Below are positions 1-12,482 of a stretch of 51,310 bases of DNA, in pieces. The position numbers were made by a program, and so were the translations under genes. The DNA comes from Chlorokybus atmophyticus (Eukaryota; Plantae; Mesostigma and Chlorokybus algae), in NCBI GenBank assembly GCA_009103225.1, contig RHPI01002888.1, forward strand, positions 150,102-201,411. Reading direction: 5' to 3'. Position 1 is the stretch's first letter; each line of letters starts with the position of its first letter. The notes beneath the pieces were generated by a model that saw only the letters and a list, made by a program, of their open reading frames with translations, was not told the DNA's origin and did not search any database.

Positions 1-779
1 ATACGGTACGTACGTGAATGACAATTGTTAAAGGCACTGACCTAGTGCAAGCGGGGGACGTGTGTGGCCGGCTGGTTGAATGACGTGCCCACCCCGGCCG
101 CTCCGAATACGGGTCTTTTGGCCGGCAGATAAGACCCAGACCAAGACAAGAGCGGTCCCGCGCCCGGGCCGGGCGGCGTGCCTCGGGACCGAGACGTGTT
201 ACGCTCCGCGGCGTTACGGCCCTTCGGACAAAGATAACGGTCCCAATCACGGAAAACGGGGGCCGCGCGCAGGCCCGGGTCCGCTCGCGGTGCGTAACCA
301 CAGTGTAGCGGACGGCAATTGACGGAAAATATCGGAGTTTTGGCAACACCGCGGGGAATGCGTGGTGCGTCGGGGTCGAACGAACGGTGTTGTATTTGGT
401 CGCGCTTTATATTTTGTCGGCCAGATACAAAGCATCGACGACCGCCGTGCGTTGGGCGGGATAGATACAAGACCAAACAACTAAGCGTTAATGCCATGTG
501 TAAAGTCACTTGGCCGAGAGAGTAGCCGGTTTGTTAAATCTCAATCGGACCTTTCGCTTATAATAAAATTCGTGGGTCAAATACCATTGCTACGGTGATA
601 TAATGTTGTCGTGAAATGATGAAAGAAGTTCAACTACCACATATAGATAACACGCATTACATTACCTGCTCGGGAAAATTGCCCATACAAATTACATCAT
701 GCAGGTTGATAATAGCATGACAACATCGTACAAAGGATTACGTTAATTATTTAATATATATTACAATATATATTATGTA

Positions 780-1140
780 AACATGTTGCACATAGGTTTT
801 ATTACCACTTTCATGCGTGATGTAATGTGCACATAAGCTTAAGAAATATGAGTGTATGTTCATGTGCATGCAAAATCAGCTATGTTTTTATGCACTTCAT
901 GATTAATTTGTGCTAATTACACTTGCATCATGCATTGAGTGTAATGCAACATAAATTGCATATAAACATTGCACATAACATCTTAATAACACTTGCATGC
1001 ATGATGTAATGTGTACATAAGGAGCGCAAGTGTATAATCATGTACATGAGAAATCAGCTACATATTAGTACTTACATAATACTTACTTTGCTAGTTGCAC
1101 TTGCACCATGCGTAATACTATTGCAAGCTGATTTACGTTT
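780..1140. repeat. Degenerate ~185-bp tandem repeat in an AT-rich island
   Basis: CATGCGTGATGTAATGTGCACATAAGC (~812) recurs as CATGCATGATGTAATGTGTACATAAGG (~996); AAAATCAGCTA/AGAAATCAGCTA and CACTTGCA(T/C)CATGC motifs recur at the same period. Confidence 0.55.
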
Positions 1141-2439
1141 TTTTATTTGTGCATTAATTTCATGCATAATATGCATAATATGCAATTGTACATTTGCATT
1201 TCATACATCAAATGTATACATGCAAATTCGGTACAAATTCATAAATGTACAAGTATTATAGAATGTATTGTGCTTTATGTAGTACAATATGTCATACCTC
1301 ACATTTTTAACATTATTTAATATAATTTCATATGACCTCATCATACATGAAATCATCATCTACATACTACACTATTAAAGGTAACGTAAGTAAGTGTCAA
1401 GTCACTCTATTAACAATTTATCAAACCTAATGCAACATGATTATGACAATGCGATGTGTTATCAGTTTTAATTACAACCCCACTTATTTACCACTTCATG
1501 TATCAAGTCAAGTTATATGAATGTGTTGTATATATAGGGTTGCCTTTGTCGAGGGGAGTAGTAATTGGACGAGCATGAGTACAGGTAGTCGACATTGGGC
1601 TGCCGTCGGGCCGCCGGGGGCATGCAGCGCTAATATACAGCGCCCGAGAGCTGGATAACAATGGTTAAACGCTATGTATCAGCGCTTAAGTGCTGGATAC
1701 CCGTACTTAGGCGCTAAATCTCAGTGTTAGACATGTAAGCGCTTATTAGGCAGAAAGGCCGGCGGGGTGCGGGAGGGGGGGGGGGGGGGGNAGCCCCCCT
1801 CCCAAAAACATTAGGGGGGTATTGTAATAGAGGGGGCTTTTGTACGAGTGGATACGGTATGGTGTATTGCGTTGTTTCACATGCAGCAACATCATCATCA
1901 AATGAAGTTCTTCACGCTCATAAGGCACAGGTAAGGTTTCTGAAAGTGCATGCTTATACAGATTGTAAGCGATTTTGACTAAACACAACACACGAATAAA
2001 GTGTTAACCGCGGTCATTACAAACACATTACAAACACAAGTGAAGGAAACCACGACCCGGACCCCGATGTGAGGTCACAAACCTTAGGATACGAATGTGT
2101 AATGTGGGGCCCAACGGTGTATCTACTATTTCGTTAAGGGCCCGAACAACCAATTCAACCCACCACGGGTTACGGTGGAATGTTCGGACTTTTGCGGGTT
2201 CCATCGTGTCTTGCGGCAGCCCTTGCTACACAATTCTATGGCCCTCGGCTAATAGAACGCCCCCCCGAATAAACCAGCCCCCCTCATTTTACAAAGTGCT
2301 CCCCTCATAAATGAGGGAGGCATTTTGTTAAAAACGGGGCACTGTGTTCGAGTGAATACGGTAACCGCTAACATAGGTTGGTTATCAAACGTAGTCTTCA
2401 ATCAAGCATGGTCATTAAACGAACAAAGCCCCCCCCCCC

Positions 2440-2816
2440 NNNNNNNNNNNNNNNNNNNNNNNNNNNNNNNNNNNNNNNNNNNNNNNNNNNNNNNNNNNNN
2501 NNNNNNNNNNNNNNNNNNNNNNNNNNNNNNNNNNNNNNNNNNNNNNNNNNNNNNNNNNNNNNNNNNNNNNNNNNNNNNNNNNNNNNNNNNNNNNNNNNNN
2601 NNNNNNNNNNNNNNNNNNNNNNNNNNNNNNNNNNNNNNNNNNNNNNNNNNNNNNNNNNNNNNNNNNNNNNNNNNNNNNNNNNNNNNNNNNNNNNNNNNNN
2701 NNNNNNNNNNNNNNNNNNNNNNNNNNNNNNNNNNNNNNNNNNNNNNNNNNNNNNNNNNNNNNNNNNNNNNNNNNNNNNNNNNNNNNNNNNNNNNNNNNNN
2801 NNNNNNNNNNNNNNNN
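2440..2816. other. Assembly gap (N run) flanked by poly-C and poly-G
   Basis: N run seen directly. Other gaps at 29909-30110, 37861-37988, 49356-49363; single Ns at 1791, 46347, 49907. Most adjoin G/C homopolymers. Confidence 0.98.
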
Positions 2817-3992
2817 GGGGGGGGGGGTTCGTAATAGGGGATTTTATATTCGCACAAATACGATAGCTCAAGCATTTATACATTAGGCTAAGCATATTGT
2901 AAAGGATCATATTTTAAAATGCACGTATGCATTTACACGCGTCGCATGTAGCATTTGAAATGTGGTTGAACTGAACGGCCTAAAGAGGGATCCCTATTAA
3001 GGGGTTGTTTTCATATTGTTTTGCTTGCCCGATTGGCCTTATCCGTGTACCGTATAAATAGCCACTACTGTGTGTACATGTGTGGATGCTAAAATAAATA
3101 CTAACTTTATATTGTATACCATATGTACACGCAGTCAGTACACCAGTGCAACACCAGTATTCATACGCTCAAACTTAATGAACATATAACGCTAAAGTGA
3201 TGATGAATTGCTGTTCTTCAGCGGTCTATAAGGCCAATAAATATCTTCAAAACACGTTGCGCATACGAGTTTATATGTGCGATTCAAGTTCTTGAAGATG
3301 CGATAAGTTATTAAGTTTAAGTTATTTTGCTATTATCAATGTAAATGTTTAACCGAAATGCATAGGTTTAACAATGGTGTTGAAACCATGATTTTGGCAT
3401 TCTATTTTTATGTATAATGTTTTCAGTGATGAGGATAATGTATACATTTAAAATTCGTCATTTTGATCGCTTATTCTGATCGTTAAAAATAAGCATATTT
3501 ATGACATGTCATATATATTTATCCAATATATATGTCATTACATCCTTAATGTATCTTTCATGTATGCTTGCATTGCTTTGCCAATGATATCTTGTTATGT
3601 GGGCTATGTTATGATATTTGAGTGTTGACATTCTGCATGCACACTTGTTGAGTCATAGTACGAAGTTATTTAAACAATATCAATGAGTATTATTATGACG
3701 TTGTGACCTTTGTAAACAACTTGTAAAACCGTTGAGTTCAATCTAAAAACCTTTTCCGTACCATTCAATGTTATGTGACATAGCATCTCAATTATATATT
3801 ATAAGAATAGTAGTACATGCATTTGCACACAATAAAGCCACTCATAGATAAAGTTAATGGCTTTTGTAATCATTATATAGGAGCGCGTATGTTAGGTACA
3901 CATAAGTTGTTTTTGCCGAATACGGCTACAACCATCATGAAACTTTTATTACTCACCGGTACGACCTCGTTCACAGCAAATTACCAATGTAT

Positions 3993-4651
3993 TGTGATGG
4001 TGCTCGTGCCTTGTCTCTTGTGAGTTGCTCCAATCAACAACCCTCTCACCAAGGCACGGTATTCACACCGGAACCTCGCCCCCTCTGCCAAGCACACTCG
4101 CGCGCCCCGCCACTCGCGTACGCACGCGCACGCGCTCGAAGCTACACACCGACTTGTGTAGCGCCTTGTATTGTCACACAAGCAAGCACACACTAGTGGA
4201 CACACGCTAGCAACCCCTGCTAACCACCGCCAAGCTTGCACACGAAAAATTAGGGAGTTAAAGGTTGTATTGCACAAAGTGATATGTCCTTTTTACATCT
4301 CCCAGTCTGCACATGCTACTATCCAGACATTTCTCGAGCTAGACGGAATCAGAAGCTAAGGTATCCTTGTAGAACACTTCTAGACCTTTCCTACGCACCA
4401 AGGAACTCTTCAAAAGATGCCCATATGGCAAAGTTATACTATTTGGCGCCGGGCCCTTCCAGAAAATCTGGTCGAGTCCTTCTCGACTGGCCCTCCGGAT
4501 TCTGGCGTCTTCTCGACCAGTCCTGGGGCCGGTCGATATCTGTCGCAGACTCACAACTCACCGATATCCGCCATTAGTCATGAAAACATGATACTCGACA
4601 AATAAGGCCTAAAAGGTCATGAAATCATGAAATTTGACGCCGACTGTTACA
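3993..4651 (-). repeat. A1 3' LTR (659 bp, TGTAACAG...ATCACA on minus)
   Basis: TG...CA ends; homologous to 14429-15100 (inverted) and 29311-29800 (direct). Confidence 0.93.
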
Positions 4652-4661
4652 CTCCTCCCCC
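4652..4661 (-). promoter_or_regulatory. Polypurine tract of A1 (GGGGGAGGAG)
   Basis: Purine run directly abutting the TGTAACAG start of the 3' LTR. Confidence 0.85.
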
Positions 4662-4714
4662 TCCTTATGTGAGCTTCGGCCTTGAAGCTCGCGAGGTCGT
4701 CCTACTCGTCGTTA

Positions 4715-4855
4715 CAGATACGCTTGCAAAATTTGACGTGCATTCGCCAGGTGCTCCTCCGGTTCCCAAGTGGCCGCATAGGGAAGCCCTTCCACTTCAC
4801 TAAGTATTTGCGCACGTTGCGCACCAGTTTCTCCCCCACAATGTCCTCCACATCA
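4715..4855 (-). pseudogene. pol: A1 integrase C-terminal chromodomain (frameshifted)
   Basis: Manual translation: DVEDIVGEKLVRNVRKYLVKWKGF..AATWEPEEHLANARQILQAYL, with the chromodomain YLVKWKG/TWEP motifs. Confidence 0.85.
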
Positions 4856-5103
4856 TTTTTCACCTAGTTGTCTATAGCCAACTCAGGTGGTGGACACGAT
4901 GGTGGTTCTCCTCAATATGGTTTCAGCAAAGATATATGAAAGACAGGGTGGATGTGCATAGTCTCAGGTAGTTGCAACTTGTATGCGACGTCCTCGATCA
5001 CCTTGATGAATCCAAATGGTCCAAGCCAGTGTTCACTCAACTTGCGAACTTCAGCACGTAACTACAAGTTCTTCGCAGAAAGCAATACCATGTCACCTTC
5101 ATT

Positions 5104-5712
5104 TCATGTAATGTGCCGGCGATGTGCGTTTGCGTACTGTTTTTGCCTGGTTTGCGCCATTAACAAAGCTTCTCCAGCCGCTTTAGTGATGTCAGCACAT
5201 GTCTTCAAAAAGTCCCTCGCCACCTTAACATGCACATCTCCGTGTGGTACCCATGCTGTCAATGGATGCTGACCGTAATTCATTGGGAAGGGGGTAACGC
5301 CGGTGCTTTCATTCTTGTGATTGTTCATTGCGAATTCCGCCACTTCGAGTAATTCCGCCCAATTATCTTGTCATGCATTCACGTAGCATCGCAGCAATCA
5401 CGCGATTTGCGCGCTCCGTTTGGCCATCCGTTTGTGGATGGAATGACGTGCTGAACTTTAATGTATTGCCTAACGCACTGTGCAGCGCCTCCCAAAATTT
5501 ACTTGTGAATCTGGGGTCGCGATCCGTCACAATACTCCTTGGTAAGCCATGTGAGCGAAAGACATGCTTCAAAACCAATCGTGCTGCCTCCGGTGCAATG
5601 CAATCCTCGCGACATGGGGCTAAGCGCACCATTTTACTTGTTTTGTCCATGAACACCAGTATTGCGACATACCCGTCACGTGTCTTTGATAGTCCGACAA
5701 TGAAGTTCATAG
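5104..5712 (-). pseudogene. pol: A1 integrase core (rve), distal part
   Basis: ORF track: MNFIVGL...GLPRSIVTDRDPRFTSKFW...[12 protein letters not shown]; AEFAMNNHKNESTGVTPF. Confidence 0.93.
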
Positions 5713-8000
5713 TGTCGGGTCGAGGAGAGTTAAGGGTCACGTTGTCTCGTGCCGCTTGAAGAAAAGACATGCTTGCTGGACATGCTACAGCAGCATGCTG
5801 TAGCATGTTTGGTGGTGTTAGTTGTGAATGGCTTGTGCAGTCTCGAAAGCTTCCTTGAGGGGTCTACTGTAGTTCAGTGTCAACGCGTCGACTCACTCAC
5901 GGTGGGGTACATTCAGCCACGTACACCACTGTGGCTGCCTCCTCACTGACGATCCTGTATATCTTATAAATTGGTGTCCTTCGGTAGTCTTTCTAGCCGC
6001 GAATACAGCTGGAGAGGGTCCTCGTTGGGCTTCCGTCGAAAGCGTCTCAACTCCTCTACCTTGCTGGTGGTCTGGGGCGGGAAGGTACGCTGCAGTGCCG
6101 CGTACAAGTCCTTGAGAGGAGAGTCCGACATGATAGCACCAACGGTGATGGCTAGTGCGCACAACGCCACTGAGCCAAGTGTGAAAAAGCTGACTCTTGC
6201 TGGAGTATGCGAGCCCGGTGTTGGCGGTATTGGTGTTTCCGTTAGTAAGGCTGTCGCTTGTTGTTCAGCTTGCTGAGCCTCGATGACGACGGCGGTGAGT
6301 TTAAGCACTCTGGTCTGTTGGTCGGCCCTCTTGACCTCGACCTCTGCAGGTGTTGGCGGGCAACAACCAGCTCGGCTTCTTCGTCCTCTGCTTGTTACAT
6401 GGCTTTGTTACATGGCTACGGCGCCCGCCCAGTGACTAGGGTTGGAGGGACCATTGCTGCTGAGGCAGCAGCTGCTGGGCTCTACGTCGGTGTAGGTGCT
6501 ATAGTGCTGGCAAGCTCGCCATAGCCATCGACTCTGTGCAGCTCAGCAATGGACTGCCACACATCGTGCGCCTCATGATCAGAGTTCTGAGCCATGCTAT
6601 GGAATGACACCTCATCTGACCAGTCCTTGTTCTTGAGGGCTTAAGCTGTCGCGAGTGAATAACTACTCACATGTAGGAGGTTGTGTGCGAGATGGACAAC
6701 TATAATTATTCATGACCAAAACGTGTGAATATCCATTGCTTGTATTCAGGGCATTTGGCCTGAATAATCAGCAATCGTAACAGCGACCTCTGCAGCCACG
6801 CAAGTGGCGAGTTCAAACATAAAACAGATGAGTATTCAGGGCAAATGCGCTAAATTTTCAGAAATTCGGGGGGTCCAGAATTACCGGTGCAAGCTTGCTG
6901 CCGCACCTTGGAGTGAAACTTGATGATGCACTCATCAAGTGGTGTGGTGCCCGCACTTCCGGAGAAGCGCAGGGAGTCGGTTGAGCTGAAAGGCTCCATT
7001 TCCTCGTCGTCACCGTCCGGAGGAGGTGGAGAAGCTCGCTGGCGAGGAGTGAAGTGGCATGAGGTGAAGCTAAAGACGGAGGGGGAGCCTCTGCTGCTAC
7101 GGTAAGTGCTTCCTTCACTTGCTCGTTCGTAGGTGAGGTTGGAGGTCGGGCTCCAGCTGCTAACCTCCCCTTCGTCTATTGGAGAACGGGGTGGGCTTGC
7201 TCTATAGCGGATGCGATAGTGAAAGTGTATGAAAGGTAGAGTGTTTGTGCTATGCAAAGTTATCTCAATGCTACCACTCACTGCGCAAGTGCTTGTGCGC
7301 ACTATGTGATGACAGTGATAGTGATGCACGAGGATGTCCAATCCAACTACAAGCGGCACTTTTGATGTGCTGGATGCAACCACACTCACTTTAGCAAAGG
7401 GTGACACTGTGAGTCAACAAGCCACTACTATAAGTAGTGCTGTTTACACAGTTGTTTGCATGAGTGCAAATGTGTTACACTGTTAACTGAGGTGAATAAG
7501 CAAGCAACACGTGGATGCTATGCTCTGACTAATATAACAAGCACACCGCGACCAAGCGCACAGCAACGATAAGCACGGTGCACGCGAACATGCACAGTCT
7601 CTCACACGGTGAGGGGATTCTTGGTAACCAGGACGGCGTGTTCGCAGTTCAAGTCGGTTTACAAGCTTCTAGTTTTCTCACTCACAGTGTCACTAGCTGA
7701 TCTAGTGAACACCGCAACTACTTATACAAGTCAAATTATGACTGTTCAGAACACAAGCTAACGGTCATATTTGGGCTACTTCTACAAGAAAGTCCCCCTC
7801 GATATAGAACATAGCGTGTAACTGAGTTCACAACTGAAGCATCTACGTGCCTATGTAGGCTACGGTTACGAGCTAGTCCAAGGTCATGATCTGGCTACTT
7901 GTCAGTGACGCGCGCGGGTTGGTATGCTAGTAGTCCAGGCGGGGGTCTTGATGTAAGCCTGCCCGATGCAGGCTGGCACACGAGGACAACGGGCATGACA
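5713..8000 (-). mobile_element. Family B copy B1: internally deleted, non-autonomous (A repeat + 5' gag region + 3' tail ending in B repeat)
   Basis: TG...CA ends with perfect 4-bp TSD ATAG (5709-5712, 8001-8004). 7487-8000 matches the A repeat. 5820-7480 is homologous to B2 27270-28630 (KDLYAAL.RTFP.QTTSKVEELRRFRRKPNEDPL). 5713-5805 matches B2 12202-12298. Confidence 0.9.
6643..6892. mobile_element. Unclassified ~250-bp insertion in B1
   Basis: Absent from the homologous B2 segment (~28040); bounded by a duplicated GCTT (6639-6642, 6893-6896). Confidence 0.55.
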
Positions 8001-10450
8001 ATAGTGACTTGCTCCCATTTGGATGATGGTATTGGCAGCAGTTGAAGTAGCCCACCTGGCTTCTGATTACTGCCCTTTACTCTTTGCAAAGTGTCGCACA
8101 AGGCTACGTAGTAGTCACGCACGTCTCTATGCATCTCCCGCCAATAAAAACGATGCTTCAAGCTTGCCAATGACCTCTCTAGCGCTGGGTGTCTAGCAAT
8201 GGGGACATCATGCGCTTCCTTCATTATGCATACCCTCATGTGTTAATGTTAGTTAATAGGGATGTACATGCGCCTGTGGTGCCAAGGAATTCTGTCCTTC
8301 AATGCCTAGTCACGGTGATCGCTTGCACTCCCTTTTCGTTTAACTCTTGCATCTTGCTTCTTCCTTCCACATCTTCATGTAACACGTCCCGTATTTGGTC
8401 TACTCACTCAGGCTGCACTTGCGCGAGGACCTCCATCGCATTCGCTCGACTTAATGCATCGGCCACATTATTGGACGGTCTTGTACTTGATGTTAAAAAC
8501 GCAAAGCTGAAAAAACTCCAATCATTGTGCTTGTCTCCGATCTAAATGAGGCTGTGTTTGTAAGTACCTCAATGGAGAATGATCCGTCTCAAGCACAAAC
8601 TTCTTGCCTTCTAAGCAACAACGCTATTGTCGTAGTGCCATTACTTGCGCCAAGAGCTCCTTCTGACGCACGGGGTAGTATAGCTCCGCATGACTCATTT
8701 TCTTGCTAAAGAACGCTACTGGTTGAAGGCCATTGCCGCGGTCTTGCTGCAAAACAGCTCCTATAGATGTGTCTAACGCGTCACAAGCCCAAACGAAGGG
8801 CTTTGCATGTCAGGGTGAACCAAGACTGGTGCCTTCGTTAATGCCTGCTTCAACATCAAAAATGCACGCTCCTCGCTTGCAGACAAGCTCCAAGGCTATT
8901 CTTTCTTGAGAAGGGTGGTTTAAGGTGCCGCGACATGCAAAAATCCCATAATAAACTTGCGATAAAAGCCGGCAAGGCTCCAAAACGACATCACCTTCAC
9001 ATTGGTCGGGGCTGGCCAATCACGCACCGCTTGAATCTTGCTTGGGTCGGACTTGATTCCCTCACGCGACACAATGTGGCCAAGGTACTCCACCTCTTCA
9101 AGCAAGAACTTGCACTTCTCCAGCTAAGCATACAACTTATGCTCCTTTGAACGCTGCAACACGCACCGTAAAAGTCGTATGTGCTCCTGTTTTGTCTTCG
9201 AAAACACCAAAATATTGTCGACGTAGACGAGCACTCCCTTGCCAATCAAATCAGCAAAGAATCCGTTCATCAGGCTTTGGAAAGGCCCCGGTGCGTTGGT
9301 GAGGCCAAAAGACATCACCACCCACTCGTAGTGACCATAATGTGTATTACACGCGGTCTTCTCCATGTCCTCTGGCACAATGCGGATCTGGTGATACCCC
9401 CCCACAAGATCAAGTGTCGTGAGTATTGCGCACCTTGTAGCTGCTTCAGCAACTCATCAATTCGCGGTAGTGGAAAGCAAGTCTTGCTCGTAGTGTTGTT
9501 GAGAGCGCGGTAGTCTACACACATGCGCAGTCCACCATTCTTCTTCCTCACAAACAAGATAGGCGCACCATATGGGTACTTACAAGGCCAAATGTAGCCT
9601 TGCTTGAGCAAGTCCACTACTTCTCGCTCCGCCTCTTCAATCTCTAAAGGTGATAACTGCATACGGGCCGGTACGGTGGCTTGTGTACGCCCTCGACGAG
9701 CTCTGTTGCAAGGTCTACATCTTATGGAGGTGGTAGACCAGGTAGTAGCCCGTCCACCATGATGTCCTTGAATTTCTTTAGGAGTTCACGCACCTCGGGG
9801 TCTGTTGTAGCCTCCGCTTTACTGGCGGTTTGTTGTGCTGTCTTGATCGCTTTCTCACGCACCACGCACAACCATGCACTTTTCGACTTTCGTGGGGATA
9901 GCCAATTCTTCAACTCCGCGTATGACACCTGAGGAATTGCAGACATATGGGGCTGTTCACCTCTTCCGGAGTCCACTCCCGCAATGCTTGCATCTTCCTT
10001 TGCCGTGATCGCTCTGCGTCGTCCCGATGCAGCTGCACAACCGCCCTTGCCGTTGTCGCTGGGGTGGTCTTCAGCTTCAATGGGGCAATTGCGTAAGCCA
10101 TGTATGGTCTCTTGACATATGGTGAGCACGTGTCGCCGCCAATTGATGCTTGGATTGTGTTGATGTAGCCACGTGGACCCAACACTCCATCGAACCCATT
10201 TTTTAATGTGATGCAGCAAAATCGCATACGCTCACTCACTTGACCAATACGGATTTGCAGCTCTTTAATCATGAATGACGTTCCTTCAGCCCCAACAGGT
10301 TCTCTCCCGCAAGCGAGCCTAACTTCTCCTCCACGCCACGGCAAGAGCCATCTGAATCGCCGTGCAACAACTTCTGCCATGAATTGCTATTTGCTCCACT
10401 ATCAATCATCAACTTGCACTCTCTCCATCTTCCTCCACCATTTCGAATGC
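8001..10450 (-). pseudogene. pol: A1 pol: protease, RT, RNase H and N-terminal integrase (many frameshifts and stops)
   Basis: LMIDSGANSN (PR); PYGAPILFVRKKNGGLRMCVDYRALN and VLVYVDNILVFS (RT); EEVEYLGH; KEAHDVPIA.H...RFYW (IN zinc-binding region). Confidence 0.92.
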
Positions 10451-10612
10451 GTGCTCGGACTTCCAAGTACTTTCGCGCTTCTTCACTAGCATAACTTACC
10501 ACCATTAGAGTATACATCGTTACCATGCCTCCGTGGTCATGAGTTCTTTCGCTTGAGCAATGTATTGGACAGTCCGGGCATGCAAAAGACTTCTTCCCAT
10601 CCTTAGTAGTAG

Positions 10613-11620
10613 CCTCTTCACCTACTGAGGGCAGTCGTTTCCCTGCCGCACGCCGTTTTGCTCCATCGCGTTCACGCTGCGACGCATGTCTCGACCAGGC
10701 GCACGCTCCTCGCGCTCTCCTTGAACTGTTGAAGGCCATGTTCGGTGGGTCACACACGTAACACTTACGCACAGCACCAGCTGGACGCCGCTCAGTAGAC
10801 CTTCTCATACCCTTACGCGCATCGATCGCACTCACCACTATTGGTGTAGGTCCCGAGCTAGCCCCATGCTCATGTGTGGGTGTAAAAGCCGACTCTCTGC
10901 CCCTCCAAGCACACGCAAAGCCTTCTCGTGCCTGGTTGCTTGGCCCTCGTTGACGGTCACGCCTCGAATCAAACTTTAATGTCGTTGTCTTGAAATACAA
11001 CGCATCCATCCAGGCACTCCGCAATGCGTATCACCTCGGCTAGCGTTTTTGGGTTACGGAGCTCCACTTCCTTACGAGCAAGAGGCCTTTAAAAATCACG
11101 GGTGTACCTGTCCAGCTGCTCCTCCTTGGTCATGTTGGGAATGGACATCACCAAACGCTGAAACACAGCTGTGTACGCCATCACCGACTCGGCTTATGCA
11201 AACGAAGTCGGACTTCGTTTGCATAAGCGTTGCAAGTTGATTGCGCGCGGCCTTCACGCTTTCCATGGGAACAGATTGATGCTTAACCTTTGCTGCCAAC
11301 TCTTTGTAGACAATGGCGCCGCCAACCCACTTGCAACACGCGTACACCGATGCCTCCACCATACAAGCGCAGCTTTATCGAGCGACGTTGCCGCCACCTC
11401 TACATGTAGATGCGCGGGCACCTCCGTAAGCTTCAGCCAAGAAGACATTTCAAAGACCCAGTCATCTACTGCATCTCCATCTTGTTGACCCTTGAATGGC
11501 TTTGGCTTTGGCACCTTCACATGCACGCGCGAGCTTGACACTATGAGAGCTTGTGCGTGCGCCATCGCACGCTCGTATGCCTCGCGTTATGCTTGTGCAG
11601 CCGCTTGCATGTGATGAAGA
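10613..11620 (-). pseudogene. gag: A1 gag (major part; first codons at ~29167-29220 beyond B2)
   Basis: KVPKPKPFKGQQDGDAVDDWVFEM; zinc-knuckle remnant KCYVC; collinear with A2 gag. Confidence 0.88.
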
Positions 11621-11670
11621 TGTCGGGTCGGGGGAAGTCGAGGGTCACACTGTCTCGGGCTGCTGCAGGG
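11621..11670 (-). repeat. B repeat, terminal copy (50 bp)
   Basis: TGTCGGGTCGGGGGAAGTCGAGGGTCACACTGTCTCGGGCTGCTGCAGGG, identical to 12202-12251. Confidence 0.95.
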
Positions 11671-12199
11671 GTGAGGTGAATGAGCAAGCAACACGTGGCT
11701 ACTATGCTCTGACTGATGCCAACAAGCACACTGCAACTAGGCACACCAGGCTCACAGCAATGACAAGCACGATGCACACACGAGCATGCACAGGCTCTCA
11801 CACAGTGCGAGGATTCTTGGTAACCGGGATGGCGTGTTCGTAGTACAGGTCGTTTCACAAGCGCTTAGCTTTCTCACTCACAGTGTCACCAGCTGATCCG
11901 ATGAACACTGTGACTACTTATACAAGTCAAATCGTGACTGTTCAGAACATAAGCTAACGGTCATATCGAGGCTATTTTCACAGCGAATGTCACTCGATAT
12001 AGAAAACAACTTATAACTCAACTCACAACTGAACAGCTACGCGCGGTGCCTATGTAGGCTATGGTCGTGAGCTACCCTGAAGTCATGACCTAGCTACTGG
12101 TCAGGGACGCGCGCGCGTTGGTATGTTGGTAGGCCGGGCGACGGTTTCGATGTAGGCATGCCCGATGATGGCTGGTATGTGTGGGCACTAGGCATGACA
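11671..12199 (-). repeat. A repeat, 3' copy (529 bp)
   Basis: Direct repeat of 28638-29166 (roughly 94% by eye) and of 7487-8000. Confidence 0.95.
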
Positions 12200-12201
12200 G
12201 C

Positions 12202-12251
12202 TGTCGGGTCGGGGGAAGTCGAGGGTCACACTGTCTCGGGCTGCTGCAGGG
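12202..12251 (-). repeat. B repeat, internal copy (50 bp)
   Basis: Joined to the A repeat through a 2-bp spacer: ...CATGACA-GC-TGTCGGG... Confidence 0.95.
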
Positions 12252-12482
12252 AAAGTCCTGCTTGCTCGCCCTGCTGCTGCAACATGTTATAGCATGTGGC
12301 AAAAGTAAAAGATAACCCAGCTTGTATGGCGAGGAATGCTTGGTGGAGCTGCTCCGCTGTTGCTGAGTCACACGGACATGTGGAGGCGGTGTTCTCCTTA
12401 GTGTACATGCTGTGCTGTAGGACACACAGTCAACAAGCCACCCCTGAGCTTGTGGGGAGGTGCCAGCTCCAGAGCTCAGCTG

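Noticed and set aside
41-110. Possible Helitron 3' end (CTAG at 41-44 on minus)
   Set aside because: No convincing hairpin 10-15 nt from the CTAG and no defined 5' end.
2325-2910. Long ORFs through N runs (also 29875-30217, 37707-38130)
   Set aside because: Artefacts of translating Ns and flanking homopolymers.
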